From: Bdellovibrionales bacterium
GTDB lineage: Bacteria > Bdellovibrionota > Bdellovibrionia > Bdellovibrionales > UBA1609
Assembly (NCBI GenBank): GCA_965199825.1
Contig: OZ241329.1
Location: 2,624,001 to 2,688,000, forward strand
Direction of reading: 5' to 3'
Length of the DNA: 64,000 nt
Of the stretch, positions 39,961-48,486 are shown in pieces (position 1 is the first letter of the stretch; each line of letters begins with the position of its first letter). The translations under genes were made by a program, and so were the position numbers. Under the pieces are notes generated by a model. It searched no databases. It saw only the letters and a list, made by a program, of their open reading frames with translations, and had not been told where the DNA came from.

Positions 39961-41064
39961 TGTCGCAAGGTTTTCGATTTTGTCGAGCAATTGAGGAATG
40001 TCAAATTTCTTTTGGGCAAAATCTTTTGCGTTCTTCGCACATTGGGCGGCAAAGCCTGGATCGCCCAAATATTTTTCGATCGCTTTTTGTAAGGCTTCTT
40101 CATCTTTTGGTGGCACAAGCAAGCCGGTATCCCCGTCGATCACAGTTTCAGATGGACCACCCGCTTTTGTCGCAATGATCGGCACACCGCTGGCCATCGC
40201 CTCGATCAACACATTGCCAAAAGCTTCGCGGTAAGAGGGCAGTACAAAAATATCAAGAGCCGCCATTGCACCGCTGATATCGTCCATATGATTTATTATT
40301 CGAACCTGCGATGCCATTTTATTTTCAACTGTAAAACGACACAAGCTATGAAAGTACTGTGGCCCTTCGCTATCAACACTGCCGATTAAAACAAAAATTG
40401 TTTTTGGAAAACTGATTAACACTTTTTTGGCTGCTCGTAAAAACTCGAGTTGCCCTTTTTGTGGATCCATTCTTCCAACCACACCCACAATGCGGCACGA
40501 ATCATCCACATCGTAGATTCGGCTCCGCAGGCTCATATCTTTTTTGCTTGGATTAAATCTTTTGAAGTCGATCCCATTAGGAATGACGTCGACCGCTTGA
40601 GATTCGATAGGCAAACAGCGCAGCAGCTCTTTTTTTTGCAATTCGGTAAGTGCCACTAATCGTTTTAGCCGTTTGTATAGCCAACGATGCAAAAAATCGC
40701 GCTTATCAATATCAATCAAAAACATGTGAGCAAAACCGATCAGGTCGATATCAAGGTTGATCACCGCGGGCCGTAAAAGCCAAAGGTCTTTAAGGTGATG
40801 AACAAAAAGGGTTTGAATATTTGCTTTTGTAAGATGACGACGAAGGCGCAAAGATTGAAAGGGGTCTATATAGCGACCATGAGTCAAAGTAAAAACTCGC
40901 AAATCATTTTCGATCGCATGCCGTTCGAGTGGAGAATGAGTTAAGGTGATCACACAAGATTCGTAGCCGCGGTCTTTTAGGCTTGAGGCATATTGCAAGG
41001 CCATCATTTCAAGCCCACCCCATGCACGGGTCAAAGCCATTTGAGCGACAATCGGTTTTTTCAT
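39922..41064 (-). CDS. GT4 glycosyltransferase
   Basis: WGGLE, IPNGID, VGRMDPQKGQ, PSYREAFGNVLIEAMASG. Confidence 0.92.
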   Translation of the reverse strand: MKKPIVAQMALTRAWGGLEMMALQYASSLKDRGYESCVITLTHSPLERHAIENDLRVFTLTHGRYIDPFQSLRLRRHLTKANIQTLFVHHLKDLWLLRPAVINLDIDLIGFAHMFLIDIDKRDFLHRWLYKRLKRLVALTELQKKELLRCLPIESQAVDVIPNGIDFKRFNPSKKDMSLRSRIYDVDDSCRIVGVVGRMDPQKGQLEFLRAAKKVLISFPKTIFVLIGSVDSEGPQYFHSLCRFTVENKMASQVRIINHMDDISGAMAALDIFVLPSYREAFGNVLIEAMASGVPIIATKAGGPSETVIDGDTGLLVPPKDEEALQKAIEKYLGDPGFAAQCAKNAKDFAQKKFDIPQLLDKIENLATSHISFLERTKQS

Positions 41065-41081
41065 TTCGATTATATTTAACT

Positions 41082-41115
41082 AAAACGCACGGCAGATCAT
41101 TCTATTCTGCCGTGC
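41082..41115 (-). terminator. Intrinsic terminator after the vWA lipoprotein gene
   Basis: 10-bp stem GCACGGCAGA/TCTGCCGTGC (41087-41115), followed by GTTTT on the minus strand. Confidence 0.7.
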
Positions 41116-41122
41116 AGCTAAA

Positions 41123-42199
41123 TTAAAACGTGAGAGTCGTTGGGCTGAAATCCACTTGAATCGCTGCACCTGTCGCCGGAACTGAAGCGCCGTGAAAGAT
41201 AATTGAATTCGAGGCCGAATTGTAAGTCCATCCCGAGACCGCGTCTTGAACAATGTTTGTTCCATTGACCAAAACCGTAATGGTATTTTGCACTGGCGTA
41301 CGAGTGAGATAAAACTGTGTGCTCAACTCTGCAATTTTTTGTTGGATGCTCAAAAGAGAATTGGCGTAACTCGCATCACAAATACTTCCTAAAATCCCAT
41401 TGGTTTTATTTGCGATGTCCATATAGCGCGTAGCGATCATTGTACTTGATGAAGCACCGATATGGGCCTGTAAACAATTATTATCTAATACCGTAATTGC
41501 CGAGACGCTGTAGCGTCGAGTGGACCCGGTGGTCGCAGTTTTGGTATCGAGATAAGACACATAGCTGTCAACACTCTCAAGACCTGGGTCATTGTAGGCA
41601 TGATCAGCAATGCCACCATTGTACTGCCAACTTGCTTCGGGACGGGTGGGATCACTAAAATCATCTTCATCTGAGAGAATGATCACACCCAAGAATGAGT
41701 CGCTTCGCAAAAATCCTTGGTTTGAATTATTTTGAAGTGCTGCTTTAAAACTCGAAAACGAGCGTTCATCTCCAGAACCGAGTGATCCTTGAGTGGCATT
41801 GGTCACAAAAGTAGGGATCAAGTTGAGGGTCGATGGCAAAATATCAAACACACTGGTGTGTGAAGATCCTGCTCCATCGCGAAAAATCGAGAGTGTGGGA
41901 TCATTGTTAAAAAAGGCTCCAGACAAATAGGCATCACTTGTTGTGACAGCCATATGAAAGTCATAACCCTTGGAGATAAATTGATTGATAAAACTATTAA
42001 AGTTTGTGGTGAGGTTTTGCTGCAAAGGATCCATCGACGAGGAGTTATCAATCACCCACAAGATATCGACCTTGTTGTTGACTGTGCCCGTACTCTGCGA
42101 AAATCCTTGGGCAGTTGGAAGAATACTAAAACTTGATCCTCCCGATGAACAGCCTGTGAGTGTGATCAATAATGTTGAAAGTCCTAGTACTCGTTTCAT
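41123..42199 (-). CDS. vWA/MIDAS-domain lipoprotein (adhesin-like)
   Basis: Lipobox LTGC; VDILWVIDNSSSM (DxSxS MIDAS), AVTTSD, FLR, IILSDEDD, GSICD; C-terminal beta domain. Confidence 0.85.
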   Translation of the reverse strand: MKRVLGLSTLLITLTGCSSGGSSFSILPTAQGFSQSTGTVNNKVDILWVIDNSSSMDPLQQNLTTNFNSFINQFISKGYDFHMAVTTSDAYLSGAFFNNDPTLSIFRDGAGSSHTSVFDILPSTLNLIPTFVTNATQGSLGSGDERSFSSFKAALQNNSNQGFLRSDSFLGVIILSDEDDFSDPTRPEASWQYNGGIADHAYNDPGLESVDSYVSYLDTKTATTGSTRRYSVSAITVLDNNCLQAHIGASSSTMIATRYMDIANKTNGILGSICDASYANSLLSIQQKIAELSTQFYLTRTPVQNTITVLVNGTNIVQDAVSGWTYNSASNSIIFHGASVPATGAAIQVDFSPTTLTF

Positions 42200-42220
42200 A
42201 AGAGCCCCCTCGATGATTAC

Positions 42221-42247
42221 TTTTCGGCAGGCCTCGACTAAGGGTGA
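42221..42247 (-). promoter_or_regulatory. Sigma28 (FliA)-like promoter
   Basis: TCAC-N15-GCCGAAAA upstream of the vWA lipoprotein RBS. Confidence 0.5.
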
Positions 42248-42356
42248 GTTGCTAAAATAACGACCAAGGTTTTGTCGGACTTGTGACTCAAACTGATCCA
42301 ATCTCGCTAAATTTTAGGTTGATCTCCACCACAACCTTCCCTAATTTTGTAAACCT

Positions 42357-42725
42357 ATGAACTTTGAAAAACTAAATCAGCTTCTACAAAACATTATCAG
42401 CCACCCTAAGATCAAAAAAGATTGGGAGAGTTACCAAGGCTCTTCGCGGTTTACCGAACTCGCCGGAAAGTTGGTGGGAGGTCTTGAGACTCTTATGCTT
42501 TTTGGATTTGCACTTGGTCGCAAGCGGCTGATTCGGATGAATGCCGCGGTTGGCACCTTGATTCTTTTAATTAAAGTCTCGGTCTATCTTAAAGAAAGAG
42601 TGATCGACGATCCAAAAACAAAAAAATGGTTGAGCGAGGCGTGGGACGAGTTAGGCAAACAAAGTTTTTTTATCTCAACCTTGGCTCGCCAAACCGCCAA
42701 CCAATTTGGTCGCTGGCGTCGCTAA
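42357..42725 (+). CDS. Hypothetical small membrane-associated protein
   Basis: 122-aa ORF with two hydrophobic stretches; TTGATC-N17-TAATTT upstream. Confidence 0.55.
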   Translation: MNFEKLNQLLQNIISHPKIKKDWESYQGSSRFTELAGKLVGGLETLMLFGFALGRKRLIRMNAAVGTLILLIKVSVYLKERVIDDPKTKKWLSEAWDELGKQSFFISTLARQTANQFGRWRR

Positions 42726-42726
42726 A

Positions 42727-43347
42727 TTATAAAGGCCCAATTTTTAATAAGGTGGAACATCCGAGAAAATCGTTCGCGGTGTCCACTCTTTTTTGAGTGT
42801 ATGAAACCGCTTCGCTCAAAATTCTCTGAAAATGGCTTTTTTGAAGTTCGCTGATGTTTGTCTGTGCTAATTTTGCGATCAACAGAATCAGACTTAAAAA
42901 GTTCTGATCAAGACTTGTTTTGATCTGAGTTTCTAGATTTTCAAAATGCTGCAAAACATGCATGTCGCTTTTGTCGAACAGTATCATCCCAGTGACAGGC
43001 AGCCAGGAAGACAAAGCCTCGTATCTGAGCGCATTGAGAGCCGACGGATGATTGCCTCGTAGCGAATCAAACTGGTCAACACCCACAACCATAAATTCCA
43101 TCTTCTCATTTATGGTTCCAATTAGTGTGAGTTTGTAAGGTGGACGAAAGGTCAAAAGCTTCCATTGATCCAACTGAACTTGAGACAAAAACCGAAGTGA
43201 AATTTCACTACTGCCATTACAAATTAAAACGGGCTTGGGATTATTTTTGCCAATCCCAGTAAGAACAATTCGATTTTCCAATTGAAAAGGGGCTGCAAAG
43301 ACCGAACTATAAAAACCAAAACAAACAAGAAACCAAAGTTTTTTCAT
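42727..43347 (-). CDS. Secreted hypothetical protein
   Basis: Signal peptide MKKLWFLVCFGFYSSVFA. Confidence 0.65.
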   Translation of the reverse strand: MKKLWFLVCFGFYSSVFAAPFQLENRIVLTGIGKNNPKPVLICNGSSEISLRFLSQVQLDQWKLLTFRPPYKLTLIGTINEKMEFMVVGVDQFDSLRGNHPSALNALRYEALSSWLPVTGMILFDKSDMHVLQHFENLETQIKTSLDQNFLSLILLIAKLAQTNISELQKSHFQRILSEAVSYTQKRVDTANDFLGCSTLLKIGPL

Positions 43348-43439
43348 GATTTGGCTTTAGCCGCAGTTCCATATGGGGTCAGCAAAAATAATTCGCCGAT
43401 AAAAAACATACCATCGTTCACAATATTTTTTTTAGAAAT

Positions 43440-43513
43440 TGGAGGTGGCACCCGGATTTGAACCGGGGTAGGAGCTTTTGCAGAGCTCTGCCTAACCACT
43501 TGGCTATGCCACC
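43440..43513 (-). tRNA. tRNA-Cys (GCA), CCA encoded
   Basis: GGTGGCATAGCCAAGTGGTTAGGCAGAGCTCTGCAAAAGCTCCTACCCCGGTTCAAATCCGGGTGCCACCTCCA: full cloverleaf, GCA anticodon, U73 discriminator. Confidence 0.97.
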
Positions 43514-43555
43514 TCTTGAAGTCAAAGGGTAATAAATCAGTTTTAGACCCAAAAC

Positions 43556-44953
43556 TCAAGCAAACATCTGGCTTAACTGATGACGCGGTTTTTCGACAAG
43601 GACCTCGGCTTGAAAAAGGTCTTCGCGCTCGATCTTTGAGACTTCTCGAAGATCAGCAAAAGAACGCGCCACTCGGAGGAGTGTTCTCTCAAGACGCGGT
43701 GGCATTTGGCGACACTCCATTAAAAGTTGGACTTTTGGATCTATTAAAGATTTGAGCTCGCTCAAATTCAAAAAGGAATTGGGCACTATTTGTCTGCGAC
43801 TGGACAAGGCAAATGCTCGTGCTTGATCCACACGACTCCTAATTTCTTGCAGCGAGACCATTCGTGGGCCGTTAAAATGTGAGGTGAAAGATAAGATTTC
43901 GATACGGTCAAGGATCGGACCCGAGAGGCGTTTGATGACCGAGCGACATTTTGTCAGGGCCTGGGAACAGCGTGGTCTTAAAAGTGGCTCAAGCTTTCCA
44001 CAAGGACAAAGATTTGTGGTGGCACAAAATAAAAAGCGCGATTTTATTTTTCGCGAAACCCCAGCGCGAGAAATTAAGATGGATCCCTCTTCGAGAGGTT
44101 CTCTTAATCCCTCTTGCACCGCTGTGGGAAATTCAAGAAATTCATCGAACAATAATATTCCACCGTGGGCTCTGGTGATTTCGCCGTAGGTGATCGGACG
44201 CCCTCCACCCAGTATTGCTTTGACCGATGCGGTATGATGAGGCGCTCGAAATGGTCTTGATGTCCGTTGTTCATCAAATAAAAATCCAATATGGCGAATC
44301 TGTTTCCAAATCTGTTCTGTCGGGAGCGGTAAGACTTGCGACAAAGATTCTATAAAAGTTGTTTTGCCAATTCCGGTGCGACCCGCGAGCAAAAGCGAAT
44401 GCTCGCCGTGGGCCACCAATGCCATAAGGTTTGCGCAGGGTTTAGAAAACTCAAGGTTTTGTAAAGCCACACGCTGTGGAGCTACATCTGGCATTAAACT
44501 TTTTTTAAATTGTCCATCAACTAAACTATTTAAGTTTTTAACATATTTGCCTACCGGATGGCTCGATTGGCCCACAATAAGATTTGATACTATACTTTGA
44601 TTGAGATCAGAAAAAACTTCGCCATTTAAACCAACGCTTCCATAATAAACAAAATTATTCACATCTTGTTTTGGGAGTTGTCCGGTGGATGCAAGAACCC
44701 CAACGGCAATCGCGAGATCAAGCCCCTCTGTCTTCCATCCCTCCAAATTTTCGAAATTGATAATTATGGATTGTGTTCGGGGCCACTTAAGCCCCGATTT
44801 TCTAAAGGCTGTGCGAAGGCGAATCGCAATTTCTTTAAAAGAAGAATCAGGAGCATTCAAAAAATGGGTGAGAGGAAGACCAGGAACAAGTGCAATCTCA
44901 AAATTAAAACGCTGCCACTGCCCGTCTTTTAAAATCAAAGTTTGAATCGTCAT
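43556..44953 (-). CDS. comM: ComM/YifB Mg-chelatase-like AAA+ ATPase
   Basis: LDLAIAVG, GRTGIGKT, RPFRAPHHTAS, GEITRAHGGILLFDEF, NLCPCG, LSGPILDR, LRVARS.ADL. Confidence 0.9.
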   Translation of the reverse strand: MTIQTLILKDGQWQRFNFEIALVPGLPLTHFLNAPDSSFKEIAIRLRTAFRKSGLKWPRTQSIIINFENLEGWKTEGLDLAIAVGVLASTGQLPKQDVNNFVYYGSVGLNGEVFSDLNQSIVSNLIVGQSSHPVGKYVKNLNSLVDGQFKKSLMPDVAPQRVALQNLEFSKPCANLMALVAHGEHSLLLAGRTGIGKTTFIESLSQVLPLPTEQIWKQIRHIGFLFDEQRTSRPFRAPHHTASVKAILGGGRPITYGEITRAHGGILLFDEFLEFPTAVQEGLREPLEEGSILISRAGVSRKIKSRFLFCATTNLCPCGKLEPLLRPRCSQALTKCRSVIKRLSGPILDRIEILSFTSHFNGPRMVSLQEIRSRVDQARAFALSSRRQIVPNSFLNLSELKSLIDPKVQLLMECRQMPPRLERTLLRVARSFADLREVSKIEREDLFQAEVLVEKPRHQLSQMFA

Positions 44954-44997
44954 ATAAAGATGACGAATCTGCAAAACCGATCACATCAAGGAGAACT

Positions 44998-45900
44998 CTA
45001 TGGTTTATCTTTAAATGATTGTGCGTCCGCAGAATCTCGGACTTCGGAGAGAGGATGAAACTCGTCGATCTGTTCGCGCAGTTTATTTTTTGTTACGGTT
45101 GTGTAGATCTGGGTGGTTTGTAAACTGGTGTGACCAAGTAAAACTTGAATGGATCTGAGGTCGGCGCCGTTTTCGAGCAAGGCCGTCGCACACCCGTGTC
45201 GAAATTGATGCGGATGCACCGCTTTTTCAAAGCCCGCAACCTTTGACCACGCCGAAAGCCAGCGCCAGATATCCACCCGCGAGGGGCGATGCCCTCGATC
45301 GTTCACCAAAAGCGTGGTTGATTCTTCTTTGAGTAAAGAGGGCCGCACTTCGGTTATATAAGTTTTAAGTTCCATTCGCAGTCGCTCGGTTAAAGGAAGC
45401 AAACGCTGCTTTCCGCCCTTACCGGTAATCGAAAGCCAGGAGGCTGTTTGATTAAAATCATGAAGATCAAGAGTGATCAACTCGGTCACGCGGCAGCCCA
45501 AGCCAAAAAGTAAAAGAAGAGTCATTTGGTTTCGTGCGGTTTTTAATTTATTTTCGACTTCGCAGGCGCGATAGAGTTGCTCGAATTCGGAATTGGTCAG
45601 CGGATCAGGAAGTTTTTGTTTGATCCGTGGGGGTTGGAGTTGGCGCAGGGGTCCTGCATCCACTCCATAACGCTCACAAAATTTAAAATAGGTTCGTAAA
45701 CTTGAAATCACTCGGGCTTGTGATCGCTCAGAAAGTCCATGCTCTTTCATAAATTCGTAAAATTGGATGAGGTCTGAGGATTTTTTTTTGAATTCTTCAA
45801 ATAATTCAAGATCGCGGCGATAGGCCATGATTGTGTTTTGCGAACGCCCACGCACATTTTTTAAATCATCAAAGAAGTCGACCCAAAGCTCGAGTGCCAT
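44998..45900 (-). CDS. xerD: Site-specific tyrosine recombinase XerD-like
   Basis: SQNTIMAYRRDL, GCRVTEL, GKGGKQR, HPHQFRH, GADLRSIQVLLGH, TTQIYT. Confidence 0.85.
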   Translation of the reverse strand: MALELWVDFFDDLKNVRGRSQNTIMAYRRDLELFEEFKKKSSDLIQFYEFMKEHGLSERSQARVISSLRTYFKFCERYGVDAGPLRQLQPPRIKQKLPDPLTNSEFEQLYRACEVENKLKTARNQMTLLLLFGLGCRVTELITLDLHDFNQTASWLSITGKGGKQRLLPLTERLRMELKTYITEVRPSLLKEESTTLLVNDRGHRPSRVDIWRWLSAWSKVAGFEKAVHPHQFRHGCATALLENGADLRSIQVLLGHTSLQTTQIYTTVTKNKLREQIDEFHPLSEVRDSADAQSFKDKP

Positions 45901-45935
45901 TGGGTCATTGTCAGGTGCTCAACTTAAAGAAACAA

Positions 45936-46697
45936 TCAAAAATTCGCGCCACCATTAAAAGCCGAGCTGATATTCAGACCAGTAAAGGTTCCAAGCTGCT
46001 GATACCCATTGTCAGGAAGCAATGTGCGAAAGGTATTGATGCCATTATCTTGAATCCATGCTCGACAATCGTAGGGACCAATCGAAACAAACCAACAATA
46101 TGAAGGAGGGTGGTCCGCATAAGTGATACCGAAATTTTTAAAATAAATAGACCCACTCGAACCTGATGTGCCAACTCCATCACCCAGAGTTGTCGAAGAA
46201 CTTGCGGCTACAGGATTGACCACAACAACGATGGCACCTTTGTAATCTTCAAAAATTCCATGAAAGGCATTGCGGCCATTATCAAATGGGTAAACCACGT
46301 TGTAACGCGAATCTGCATTGCTGTTGCCGCCGGTAAAATAACTCACATGAGTTAAACCGTTGTCGGTGTACTGAACCGTTACAGTTCCACCAAAATAATT
46401 TCCTGGGGGTTGCTGAGTGAGGTTGAGGTTGACCACAACATTGCTCAAGTTATTCGAGTAGCGACCAGTATACAGATAATAAGCGTTTGAATTCGCGAAT
46501 GTGAAGTTGGCAGTCCCGCCATAAGCGAAATTTGAACCAGGGTTTGCACCAACGCCGGTTGTTGTTGGCACATATGGAGCCGTGGTGTTGCCAAGTGCGG
46601 TTGTTGTGGTGGTGGTTGCAGGAGGATTCGAGCTGCCACTTGATCCACAGCCCACAATCAAAAAAGTGGTGGTGAGAAGTCCGATTGTTAGTTTCAT
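45936..46697 (-). CDS. Lipoprotein with Thr/Ser linker and beta-rich domain
   Basis: MKLTIGLLTTTFLIVGC lipobox, GGAGG RBS, poly-Thr linker. Confidence 0.75.
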   Translation of the reverse strand: MKLTIGLLTTTFLIVGCGSSGSSNPPATTTTTTALGNTTAPYVPTTTGVGANPGSNFAYGGTANFTFANSNAYYLYTGRYSNNLSNVVVNLNLTQQPPGNYFGGTVTVQYTDNGLTHVSYFTGGNSNADSRYNVVYPFDNGRNAFHGIFEDYKGAIVVVVNPVAASSSTTLGDGVGTSGSSGSIYFKNFGITYADHPPSYCWFVSIGPYDCRAWIQDNGINTFRTLLPDNGYQQLGTFTGLNISSAFNGGANF

Positions 46698-46721
46698 TAA
46701 GTCCTCCGTTACAGCTCTTAG

Positions 46722-46737
46722 TGCGATGGCTGTGCCG
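46722..46737 (-). promoter_or_regulatory. Sigma54-like -24/-12 promoter
   Basis: CGGCAC-N5-TCGCA with correct GG-N10-GC spacing, ~25 nt upstream of the lipoprotein ATG. Confidence 0.5.
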
Positions 46738-46939
46738 AAGCTGAAATTTGTTAAGCTACTAATTTGAGTGATGAAAATGAAAAACCGTTTCACTCTGAAA
46801 CAAATAATTTAAGATCGATAAAATTGTTTTGTGATCTAAGGTATTTACCTTCGTTCACTCGCCAAAATTTAGATTTTGGGCTCAAATTGAGTTGGCAGGT
46901 GTCTAAAAGTTGATGATTAAGATTTTTTGATTAAAGTTT

Positions 46940-46965
46940 TAAGAAATCGTTTTAAACACCGATAG
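46940..46965 (+). promoter_or_regulatory. Sigma28 (FliA)-like promoter
   Basis: TAAG-N15-CCGATAG, upstream of an RBS and a small ORF. Confidence 0.5.
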
Positions 46966-46970
46966 GGCTT

Positions 46971-48005
46971 CTAAAGGGAAGTCTTACTATGGAATTCAAC
47001 TACGTGAATGTGGCTACAATCTGTGCAATCGTTTTTTTTGCGGTTCGGGTGTTGGTCACGGTCGTTTCGTAAACGAAATTTTGGATAATAATGCTCAAGG
47101 ATTTGTCGGTAATTTAACCCGCCTTGAGCTAACGCTCGTGCTCCGTTTTGACACAATCCTAAACCGTGTCCATAACCGTAGCCCTCAAAATCGATCCGGT
47201 GATCTTTAAAGCTCAACTCGAAAAGTGAACTTTTTAATTTTTCAAAACCGATCAATCGCCTCAAGCCCTCACCTGATAATTTTAAATTCTTTTTGTCTTG
47301 GGTTAAAAGATTCACTTTGAGTGCTCGGCCATTTGAGGATCTCTCGGTCACAAAAACATTTTTTAATTTTTGTGGCATCTGTAACTTTGCCATCAGCTCT
47401 TCATCCGAAATCGAGAATTTCCAATGGGCCTTTAGCCGGCAACTGCCCTTATCTTTTGCGCCGCCGCAATGAGCATGAAAAAGGGTTTGGGCAATTTTTT
47501 GATTGTGATCTTCTAACACCACAGCTCGAACTTGATTGAGAATCGATCGGGCTTCTTTCGAATGCGTGGCAGTTTTATAAATTTGATCTTCCACCGTATT
47601 TTCGACATCAAAGGTTTTGTGGCTTGAGATCTTTGATTTGGCATAACTTTTTGAGATGATGGCCTGAGCTTTTAAGGCTTCTTTTGGGTAATGCATTGGC
47701 ATTTCATTAAACAAAACGCCTTCAAGATAGCGATCCATATCGAGAGTTTGGATTTCATCAAATAAAGTTTCAGAGCGTGCATAAAGTAAGACGTTGGCAT
47801 TTTTTAAAATGAATTTGAGTTTGTCGGTTAAGATCACAAATGGTTTTTTTTGCCCTTCGATTACCTCGAAAAAACCAAGCCCTCCGTCAACAAATCGGCG
47901 CACCTGAATATCAGAAAAGCTTGAGTGGTCCACCGCTCTTGCGGTGCGCACCCGAATGGTTTCGGCATGAGAAAAAAATAAAAATAATAAAATTAACTGA
48001 GCCAT
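46971..48005 (-). CDS. SpoIID/LytB-domain lytic transglycosylase
   Basis: YLEGVLFNEMP, EALKAQAI, FHAHCGG, GYGHGLGLCQNGA, ILEHYYP. Confidence 0.9.
   Translation of the reverse strand: MAQLILLFLFFSHAETIRVRTARAVDHSSFSDIQVRRFVDGGLGFFEVIEGQKKPFVILTDKLKFILKNANVLLYARSETLFDEIQTLDMDRYLEGVLFNEMPMHYPKEALKAQAIISKSYAKSKISSHKTFDVENTVEDQIYKTATHSKEARSILNQVRAVVLEDHNQKIAQTLFHAHCGGAKDKGSCRLKAHWKFSISDEELMAKLQMPQKLKNVFVTERSSNGRALKVNLLTQDKKNLKLSGEGLRRLIGFEKLKSSLFELSFKDHRIDFEGYGYGHGLGLCQNGARALAQGGLNYRQILEHYYPKFRLRNDRDQHPNRKKNDCTDCSHIHVVEFHSKTSL
46989..47072 (+). CDS. Unannotated 27-aa hydrophobic peptide MEFNYVNVATICAIVFFAVRVLVTVVS
   Basis: Hand translation; AAGGGAAG RBS, sigma28-like promoter, single TM-length hydrophobic helix; antisense to the spoIID-like 3' tail. 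Confidence 0.5.
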   Translation: MEFNYVNVATICAIVFFAVRVLVTVVS

Positions 48006-48346
48006 GCCTGAATTTCGGTCCACAAAAGTTTTTTGCGTTTAAGAGTCGTTTCGTCATTTCCAAGAAGTTGGCTCATGGGTGGAGCATACAAAACATGCTG
48101 TAACTTCGAATCGATTTGCCCACCAAAATAAAGGACTTTGTCAAAAACCTTTTCGGGCAAAGGACCTTCAAAGGTCTCGAAATTTTTCAAATTTAGAGCC
48201 TGACTTAAGCGGTCGATCAGCTTTTTACCCTCGTCACTCAAGGGCTCCAAAGACACAAATGCGAATGGAATCGCAGGTTTTTTGGTAAACAAAACCTCTT
48301 TAATTCCAAGAACTTCATTTAAATACATCAGTTGGGCTTGAGTCAT
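47993..48346 (-). CDS. Hypothetical protein
   Basis: Coupled to the spoIID-like gene; ends KRKKLLWTEIQ. Confidence 0.55.
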   Translation of the reverse strand: MTQAQLMYLNEVLGIKEVLFTKKPAIPFAFVSLEPLSDEGKKLIDRLSQALNLKNFETFEGPLPEKVFDKVLYFGGQIDSKLQHVLYAPPMSQLLGNDETTLKRKKLLWTEIQAWLS

Positions 48347-48486
48347 AGAAAATCTGTTGTAGCAGGCCGATCGGCCTTTGGTCATGGGAAGATTTTGCTT
48401 CAAACGTTAGGCCAAGAAAGGGCTTTAACCCTCAACTCTTTTTAGAAAATCACGATCAGTCAGGCACGATATCAAGGAGGACAGTC

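Noticed and set aside
43344..43559. 71-aa ORF in the track
   Set aside because: It is a translation across the tRNA-Cys gene.
42357..45900. Integrative element at tRNA-Cys or comM with the nearby tyrosine recombinase
   Set aside because: The recombinase has housekeeping XerD features, comM is uninterrupted, and I saw no duplicated tRNA 3' end or phage/conjugation genes.
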